Of a stretch of 64,000 nucleotides of DNA, positions 54,812-64,000 are shown piece after piece. The DNA comes from Azolla caroliniana. Taxonomy: Eukaryota > Plantae > Polypodiophyta. Each line of letters opens with the position of its first letter. Position 1 is the first letter of the stretch. The notes beneath the pieces are model-generated. The model searched no databases. It was not told the DNA's origin and worked only from the letters and a program-made list of their open reading frames with translations. The stretch lies in contig JBHGNT010000001.1 of assembly GCA_043228905.1 (NCBI GenBank), positions 8,928,001 to 8,992,000 of the forward strand, in the 5' to 3' direction. A program made the position numbers and the translations under genes.

Positions 54812-56212
54812 GTTGAAAAGTATGCAAATATAGTATCAGGTGTATTTGATTTTTCTCTCCAATTTTGATAAAGATGACCTGAGATATGTGTAAGAGACAA
54901 TTAGACATACAACTTTGAAACAAGAGTTCTTATATACTTGCTGAATTCAGAGAAAAGGAACATTACATGAATTGTATGTGCACACACTGCATTTCTCCCA
55001 TACTCATAGATGTGAATCGAGGGCTCTTAGTGTCTTTGACTTTAGATAGAAAGAAGTTTGAACATTTAGATGTTTATTTGCACATGTATTGCATACAGCT
55101 GTTCATCACTGTCAGATACTACACCAGAACAAATACCATTCTTTGCATGGAAGTTATTTTTATCTAGGTACTTTGCACTTTCTTGTTTTTTAATAGTGAA
55201 TATTTTATGCTGTTCTATATAAAGCTTACTGTATATAAGAAGACAAATGTCTCCCCATAATTAAGTAATGGCTGAAAAAATTCCAGCTTTTGATATTCTG
55301 GTTTTTGGCCTCTGGTGAAGTCCAAGAGGCCCTAAACTACCTTTAAGTTCATATACAACAGAAGTAAGAATAATTTGTGAATCTTCAAACTTTATAGAAT
55401 GCGGGATTTAGAGAGAAACTTAGAAAATTAAGTTTTCGTTGTTTTATTGAAATTACTGGCAATTATATTATATATTTGATGAACTATATGTTCACAACTT
55501 TGTGTTTGTCGTTAAGAAAGCTCACCAATGGATGGTGCATGTCCAAATTTAGTATGCACATATGATATCATGTTAGTTCCATGATTCAGTTGCTATTGTT
55601 AGGCAATGTTGAGCATATCATGATGTTGTATGGCATAATCAGTGTCGTGGTACATTTTGTGCGTTTGGAACCTAGGAATTGGGCAGTTAAAACCCACCAC
55701 AATGCATTAAGTAAATGTCTTAATGTTTATCTCCAAAAGAAATCTGACTTATGCAAGAAACTGAAGTAAACAAATGTTATGTGTAAATATGGGAAGTTTT
55801 TAAGTACATGGTGAGAACTAGCAACTAAGGTGAGAACTGGAACTACTCATGGTCTGTGTAAACATACAAGAGGGGCGGATTGATGCAAAGTGATAATCCC
55901 TCCACCACAGGTGCTTGGACATCTCAATGGAATTCTAATCGTTCGTTTTACATCTTATCCTTTCAGTTGAAGATTGTATATGTAGGGGCTGAGTGATACA
56001 AGGCAGTCATCACCTTTGATACAAAATTTAGGAGAAGCTTTTCTTTGCAAAGACCTCATCATATGACGTCTCTGCAAAGACCTAACAAGATGGATGTTAA
56101 AATTCCAGTGTACACAAACAAGCAAATAGAGAGTATTTGGTAAATGAATTTGGTATTGCCTTTTTGAATATTGAAAAGCAGTCGTCAAATAATAAAAATT
56201 AAGGAATTTCCT

Positions 56213-59200
56213 CTACCTTAACAGTCCTAAGAAAATGAATCCATTCCACAAGCTATGTAGAAGCATTGATGAGAGCAAGTTCCGTGATCTCACAAAAATG
56301 ATGCCCATAACAAGGCCTAAGAAGGTGAGAGGCAGTATCCGTTGTACATTGAAATGAGCCAAACCAAATACAACTGCACTTACAAAGATGGAAGCCCACA
56401 TGGGCAAATAGCGAGTCAGAGAAGGTAGCAAAAACCCGCGAAAAAGCACTTCCTCCCATATAGGGCAGCAAACTGATACAACTACTGCATATAGTATTGA
56501 TGCAATCGGATCCTGCGCCATCATGGACTGCTCATGGAAAGATGTTAAAGGTGAAGGAAATGGAAGCAATTCTAAATTTAGTTGGGAAAGTCGGTTGACT
56601 ACTGGGAAAGTTAAACAGCCAAGAATCACATCGATGTACCAGTGCCCACGCCATGTCAAAGGAAACCAATCTTTCGAGAGAGGTTGAAATCGAGCCAGAC
56701 ATCTGTGAAGGATGCCAAGACCTACCGTTCCTTCAGCGATATCTGTGATAAGACTATACAGTGCTTGTCCACGGTATGTCAACATGTCTCTATTACAACC
56801 AAGGTTGTGGGCTGCAAATGGAATTATCCATGACCCTACTAGCCAAAAGGTGCAAAACCACAGGAACATCACCTGCATAAAGACAACAATAATTCTATAA
56901 TCTGAAAGCATGAATAGATACAGTCGTACTTCATTGACACCAAAGTGTGCCCATGAAGTTTCAAAAAGAAAGTATATTGGGTAGACCTGTAGTATTGTAA
57001 ACGATGTCCATGGAACTATCCATGGCTCTCGTGTAGTCGTAAAGCCTAATCCTTGTCAAAAGGAAACATATCAGCAGCTATGAACAAAGTGTGAATGTGG
57101 CTAGAAATATGAAGCAACTTCACAAATCTAACCAATACACATCACAATTAATAACTCATTTTTCATACTTAATCTTGTAAGCCATGGTTCTTTAGTAGCC
57201 TGAGTGCTGTCGTTATCACTTCCACCTGATTCTTGGCATACTTTCTCTGCATTTGCAAGTGGTGTGCTTGATTCCATAGAGGGCATGTTGCTGCTCCCCT
57301 AAAAGATTAGCGGTATTAGTTACAAAAAGGAAATGCAGCATGCATGGTTTAGGAATAGTTTTCTGATACTAAGATAAACTTTTCTCAATAAACATAATTC
57401 ATCAAGATTGCATCATAGTTATGACTACAGTGTTCAGGATCAGAGAAATGCCCACAAAGACATCAACAATTGATAAAAAATATGTCAATAGCATAGCTAG
57501 TAAGTTGATCAGGTATCAGAATTAAACAGGTGCCGTAACCCCCAAGGTCAACATACAGCACAATGAACTAGAGAAGCAGCACAGAATTAAACATGCTTCA
57601 TAGTGATGACTACTGTTGTCGGATCAGAGGAATGCCCACGAAGATGATAAAAAATATGTGAATAGCATAGCTAGTACGTTTATCAAGTATGAGAATTAAA
57701 CAACTATCGTAATCCGCAAGGTCAACATATAGCACAATGAACTAGAGAATGATGCAGCACACAATTAAACATTCTCAAATTGGCAGCTAGTTCTGTGTGA
57801 ATAATTCAAGCATAAGAATTTTTCCTACTTACAAATCTAAAATAGAATTCAACCATCTGGCAATGAAATGGACTTTCTTTGGCAACATGCAAAGCCTTAT
57901 CCAAAAGCGAAGACAAATCATGAATGTAAAAACTCCAGTCTTACGGACTATATCAATTAATGAAGAATGAGCATAATAATACTTTACCAACAAGAATTTG
58001 GAAGCCATCTTGTGCTGAGTATTTCAGTATCGACACTAACGATACAGCCCAAAGAGTCCTAATTGCCATGGTACTCAAGGTAATATATAAAAGTCTATTA
58101 CATATAGCATCAGTTGATGGAAAAAGTACATGGGTCCATCTTGTAGTGTTGAAAATATTTTAAATTTTGTTCTGCTGCCAGGAATTTCAAATTGTGTTCT
58201 GCATGCACAGATGTGTATGTGTGGAACCATACATTAATTGACCCAAGCAATAAATTAGATCAAAGTTAGACTGAGTAGCCCATGGTTTGACCAACCAGTT
58301 ACTAAAGTCTGATAACTGTCGTCCACACATAGAATCAGGGTTGTTAGGTATACGTAGAGCTACCTACCCTATAGTATGTGGGTTCATGATGTGATCAACT
58401 TTCCATTGTGAATGCAAATCATGAATCTCCCTTCATACATAAAGAGAGATTAAGAAAAAATATAACAAATATTATTAGGGATCATAAAATTTCACAACAA
58501 GTGGATAAGTGGCACTGATTTACAATGCGTTCAATTCTCTAAGTCCCAATGTAGGTCAAGTGAGATTAGCTCACATATACTTAATGGGATTATTCACAAA
58601 TAATCTGCCCTTATATATATAATTGGATAAGCTCACATAAGGGAGCATGATTAGAGAACCTAATTTCACGTTGATTAGAGAATCTACTATTGTGAATGGA
58701 AAAGGAGATCCTCAATTCATATATAAAGAGAGATTCCACCATATAAGAAAACTCCAATAGATAACATCAGTTTCAGATAGAATGGTCTAGTAAGAAGAAA
58801 GAGTTTATGTCACGTTTATCACCAGTACAAATTAGTAAACTTAATTCATAATGAAGAGGGATTACACCAGACAAGAAAACATGATTAGGTAATATAAATT
58901 TCAGATCAAACTTCAAAACTTCAGATGGAAGCAAAGAACTCCCCTAAATATAATAGGAAAGAAGAGCGATTAAATCACATACCCTAACATGATTAGAGAA
59001 CATATATTTCACATTTATTGGATAAGAGAGCATACAGTGTGAAGCCGAGGGAAACCTTGAGCCCAATGAGACATATCTTCCATGTTCTTCATCTTCATGT
59101 TTGACGCCAAATCTAATTCTGATTTCCTTATTAACTCTTTCATTTCATCATCACCTTCTTTCTGTCCCCCTTCATTTTCTTCTCTCTTTCCTCCTCTAAA

Positions 59201-59539
59201 TCCTTCTATAATTCTTTCTTTGCCATTTCTCACGGTAGTTTTACCAGAGAAAGCAAAAAACACAGAGGCAATGGTAGAAGCAAAACCTGAAACTTTGAGA
59301 CCTGTCGTAAATCGATGGCTTCTCAGATGGGTTTTCCTTCTTTCTTTTCCTTTTTCTTCTTCTTCTTCCTCTTCTTGCAAGGTGCTTCTGATGCGAAACC
59401 CTGGTCTTGTCTGCGCAGAAATGATTCCTAATCCATTTCGATTACAACGGAGACGCAAAGATGATCTCTGTGAGATAAAATCAGAGGAAGGAAATGAAGG
59501 CCTTGCCGCGACGCTCTGAGACAACACAAAGTCCATCAT
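56213..59539 (-). CDS. CAAX amino-terminal protease family (Abi/CPBP, Rce1-like) intramembrane protease, about 452 aa, with transit-peptide-like N-terminus
   Basis: Exons 59539-59036, 57298-57169, 57051-56987, 56872-56213 (1359 nt). CPBP motifs PIWEEVLFRGFL, VFGLAHF and LLHSLWN; EPWIVPWT spans exon 3. Confidence 0.92.
57405..57772. repeat. Diverged tandem duplication (about 180 bp) in CAAX protease intron 1
   Basis: ATGACTAC.GT...GGATCAGAG.AATGCCCAC, AATAGCATAGCTAGTA and AAGGTCAACATA.AGCACAATGAACTAGAGAA each occur twice. Confidence 0.8.
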
Positions 59540-60231
59540 GGAAGAAAAAAAGATAATATCTTTGGGGGGGAGATATATATCCGGTTTCTTAAGAGAATGG
59601 CGAGATCATTCTATACACTCCATTGAGAGCGAGAGAGAAAGGCGGGCACAGAGAGAGACAGAGACAGAGACAGAGACAGAGAGGAGAAGAAACAATAGCT
59701 TATCAGGAGAAACCATAGCTATGGGAGTCCTAGTAAGGTAGCCTCCCAACCCAAGTAAGGCCTCGTTCACATGTGGTTGTGCTTCCAAAGGCATAGATAG
59801 ATATTATTAGTTTTAGACATTACTCAAATCTCCTTTAACCCCAATTCTCTCCTTGTTGCCCGTCTCATAGGTGCCATGCCCAAATCCCCTTCAGCAAGTA
59901 GGAACATAGAACATGTGTTGGTTTTCGACGAACTGGAGGTTCTAACAAGGGAGTCAATGGTGTTCCTTGTGTCGTAAGTCTAGTTTTTGTAATGCAACTC
60001 GCTCATTTCCATCCTTGTTGGTTGTTATTAGCCAATGGTTATTGACATCATGTCATCGAAACATTCGTTAGTCGTTGTTCTCAACCCACCCTAGTTGATG
60101 ACCCTCAACATCACATCATGTCTCTATATCTCTAGGTCTTGCATGAGATAGTGAGTGCTACACTAGTCCGTGGCCTCAACATTAAGTCTCATCAACCTTT
60201 GTTCTCCAAATCTAGTTATTCAATGCCATGA

Positions 60232-61148
60232 TAACTCAAGTTTTGCTTTATGGAGTGGAAGTGGGGTAGAAGTATGGGGTGGCGCCATCTCTCTTGATGC
60301 ATGGAATGAGATTGAGAAAATTCAAAATATGTTTTTAAGGAGGCAATTAGGAGTTGAATGCACTACCTCTTACCAAGTTATGCTCTTGGAAATTGCGGTT
60401 TGGCCCATAGAGATATTGGCACTCCAAAGAGTATATAGATGCATTACAAAAGTCAAGAATATGTCAAATCATTGATTACCACATCTTGCTTGGAATGTTG
60501 GATGTAAGCTACAAAAGAATCATAAGAGTAAAATTCTCTCATCCGGTTGGGTTGTTGACATAAGAAAATGGTTCGGAAGATGGGTTGTGTATGATCTTTT
60601 AGGGCTCTAGGGCGATGCTATAAGGTAAGGTTGGTGGAATGATTGAGGAAAGGTTGGTGTAATCATTAAGGATGAAGTGGGAAGATGCTAAGAGGACAAA
60701 GTTAGAATACAACATTGAAAATGTCAACCCTGAATGTTGGTCTCAATATAACGTAAGAATGCCCATTGATCGTATCCAACCTTATCTCATTACCAATATG
60801 AGTAGTAATGCTCGTAGAGCCCACACACTACTTCGCATTCGATCTCACAAGTTGGGTATCGAAGTTGCATCATGGTATCAAAATGTAACAAATTTGAAGG
60901 CATGTAAAGTATACAATGAAGGCATGATAGAGAATGAATATCACTTGCTCTTCACATGCTCAACATATAGTGCAATTCGTTCAAGATATGATGACATATT
61001 AAGAGGGAGTGATAACTTAAGTGCTATACTTAAGACACCACCTAGAAGGTTGAGCTCATATGTCTATGCCTTATTCACGCATAGAGACTTTGTGCTTCAA
61101 TGTATGAATACCCCTTTTTATGAAGGTTTAGATGTGGTCGAACATTAA
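60232..61148 (+). mobile_element. 5'-truncated, decayed non-LTR retrotransposon (post-RT C-terminal region with CCHC-type zinc finger)
   Basis: LLYGVEVWG...WNEIEKIQNMFLRRQLGV...SYQVMLLE, then LLRIRSHKLGIEVASW...ACKVYNEGMIENEYHLLFTCSTY; several stops and frameshifts. Confidence 0.85.
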
Positions 61149-61551
61149 CTAAAGGGTTATGTCCATGGTCACAACTAGAAGATAAGAGCCATCTAAGGAT
61201 AGTTTCAAATTCGAAGGTTGGATACTTACATTTGTTCAAGAGGTTTACAAAGATGGGATCCTACAAGAGAAAACTGTGGCGGCAACAAAATCATTCATGT
61301 ATGATACCTTGGCAAAGAATTTGTAAGGTCCTAACAAAACAATGTTAGTGGTGTGGCATGTCAAACTAGTGTAACCTATTGACTGATCATAGGTGGTTAA
61401 GAAATAAACATGAAGTAGAAAAGCAAAGTGATGAATTCTAGGAAACACATTCGCTCAAAAACATTTGAAATGATGAGTGGCATGAAATCCTCAACTTGAA
61501 ACTAAAACAAAGTAGCATCAAATATACCAAACATATATTTTGCATGTATGA

Positions 61552-61552
<1 letters not shown>

Positions 61553-61621
<69 letters not shown>
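61553..61621. repeat. (GT)n(GA)n compound microsatellite
   Basis: Read directly from the sequence. Confidence 0.95.
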
Positions 61622-61625
<4 letters not shown>

Positions 61626-63358
61626 TGTTAACTAAGGGTATCTTTGTAATATTTTAAAAGGATGTGGGCTTATTGATTCTCTCTCTTCTCTTTTCTTGTG
61701 TCTAATGATTTCAATGTTATTATTGCTTAATGTCTTTCTTGTCCACAAGGACGGTTGGTTGTTTGGCGGAGGGACATGTAATCCTCGTCCAACAGTGTAA
61801 ATCCATACAACTGTTAGTTTGTTTGGATAGATGAGTAGAGATATATGATGCAAATTGTAGTAAGAAAGATATTTTGGGGATTAGGAAATGGTCTCCAAAT
61901 ACCTATCGAAACACTTGTGAAGTAAGATATCGAATAGAGAATAAGGTCATTCACTTTGTAAGACGCACGGAAGTGAGAGAAAGGAGTTTGCTTTATAAGG
62001 TATCGCCATCAATGTAACTTTTTGAGTGCGTAGCATTGGTTAGTACTAGTATATGTAACATTGTTTTCAATACAAATTATGACATCAATCACAATATTAA
62101 TCACAATGCTCATTACCTCACTAATCACAATGCAATGACCACAATCAACAAAATTCACAATGCTAATTAGCGTTGCGATTACTACATCCCTTCATATGAA
62201 CGATAAATTTTACGAAGAAATTGATCATGGAGAATAATTGAACATGATTGTAAGCATGTGTGCTAGAACTACGTATTGACGTAGGGCACACATTATATTT
62301 TTCAAAAAATTGAGAATTGGACCAACATATTTCCCATACCTCTCATCAAAGGGTAGTATTGTTATTTATGATAGAGTTTATCTTCTCTCACCCTCTTAAT
62401 TAATTATCCATAAGACACTTGTTTGAAAATGTATTTCACGTCCATGTTGAATCAATTTGTTTATGGCGAGATTTGTTTGAAATTTTATGCAATATGTGTT
62501 TGGGAATTTGTAGCAAATCTATACGCGAGGTTGATGTGATCCATCAAAGTCATCCACTTCCATGTGGGGAATAGTCGAGTGGGCAAACGTTTGTATCACT
62601 AAGGATGAATAAACCTTTTAGAGGCTTACAAAGAAACTTATTTCAACCCTTTTAAGCCTCACAACTCTTAGACACAAGATGGACAACGAGTGCTGAAAAA
62701 AACATAGCTACGTCAACATAAAATGACATCTTAATAGCAAGAGGTCATCGACAACAATGCCATGACTATCAACAATACTAGATAAGAACAAAGAACATGG
62801 AATTCTACCGCGCACATAGACAACGCCAACGAGCGTATTAAGTAAGTTTAGAAACATTTGTGAACCACAACTTGCGCAAAGGCTATACGGTTCACTTGTT
62901 ATTGATATGTTGACAATCCATGAGAGCGAAGGCCAAAGTTTCGGCTTCGGCCTGAGTTTCCTTGTGGTCGACGACTTTGTTGAGAGAGAGGCCAAGAGGT
63001 CATGGGTTCAACCCCTACATTCTAGATTGGGAACTAATAAATTAAGAGATATAACGCGAGAAATTAGGGTTTTGAACCCAAGACATAGCGTTGGTAGTAG
63101 GTACATACTATAACGACTTACCACTAGGGTAAGCTAAAGAGAGAAAAAGAGAAACTTTGAATAAGAGATAGTGGAGGGAAGTTGGAACTCTTTCTTTTCC
63201 TGTTTTTACTCCTCTTCTATGTACTGTTATACAAAAAATTGCTTTACAAAAAAAGGGGTTCCCAATTTCAAAGGAAGAAGAGCACTCAAATTTGAAATGA
63301 ACATTTGATGATCTCTCAATACACGCATAAAAAAGAGGCCTCCCAGAAGCTCCAAATG

Positions 63359-63399
<41 letters not shown>

Positions 63400-63576
63400 G
63401 TATGTATGAATGTATCTAGATATAGAAAATCCATTAGTATTACTACCTATTTTAGCCCCCTCTCATCCCCGTTTAGGTAAGCCTGTTCGGAAATAACATT
63501 CACAAAAACTCACTTACCCTTTTGGGAAACTGCACATTTCCAGCTTCCAGCCCCCGCCCATTCCGTTACGCGCCGT

Positions 63577-63649
63577 CGCCATCGCCATCGCCATCGCCAT
63601 CGCCATCGCCATCGCCATCGCCATCGCCATCGCCATCGCCATCGCCATC
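63577..63649. repeat. (GCCATC)~12 hexamer microsatellite
   Basis: Read directly from the sequence. Confidence 0.95.
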
Positions 63650-64000
63650 ATTCTGCTACCATCCGAGATCTCCCTGCTTCTTCTTGCCATCTCCTCATCT
63701 CTCTCATTCTTCTGCAATCAGATGCCTGCTTCTTCTTCTTCTTCTTCCTCTTCACAGATCAATGCAAAGCTCGTCTGATCATCCAATCCTCATTCATCAT
63801 GATTGGACCTCACGTCTTCTTCTTCATCACTGATCACCAGACGCTTCTCTCTCCGTTGCTAGTCATTCCTCTCTCTTTCTGAGCTCCAATACCCGTCCTT
63901 TTTGTTCTTCTTCACAGATTAATAGAAGCTTCTCTGAGCAGTGCTACTAACTCTTCAGTCTCTTTCCGCATTCTGATCTCCATCATTCTTCGTCATCACA

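Noticed and set aside
63514-63717. MAMAMA... ORF as a real exon
   Set aside because: Derived from the hexamer repeat; upstream frames are closed and no downstream exon was identified.
63830-63960. miRNA precursor (miR535/miR156-like words)
   Set aside because: No full match to a mature miRNA I recognise and no complementary arm visible in the window.

Overview
AT-rich, intron-containing land-plant nuclear DNA, rich in microsatellites. A fern or other seed-free vascular plant is plausible, but that is inference only. Seven spliced protein-coding genes were reconstructed by hand, all with GT-AG introns and exon lengths that keep frame: a BRX/BREVIS RADIX-like gene (+, start just outside the window), an HPP-family plastid membrane protein (-), a WD40-like protein (-), a D-isomer 2-hydroxyacid dehydrogenase (+), a NodH/Stf0-like sulfotransferase (+), actin (+) and a CAAX/Abi (CPBP) intramembrane protease (-). 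The mobile fraction includes a young, nearly intact Ty1/copia element (45139-50708) with one in-frame nonsense codon. It also includes a Mutator-like MITE whose empty site survives in an adjacent duplicated segment, decayed MITE relatives in introns of three genes, an hAT-like MITE, LINE and LTR remnants, and tRNA-like (A/B-box) heads. I found no convincing new multi-gene system; the most interesting signals are transposon-related and possible translational regulation.
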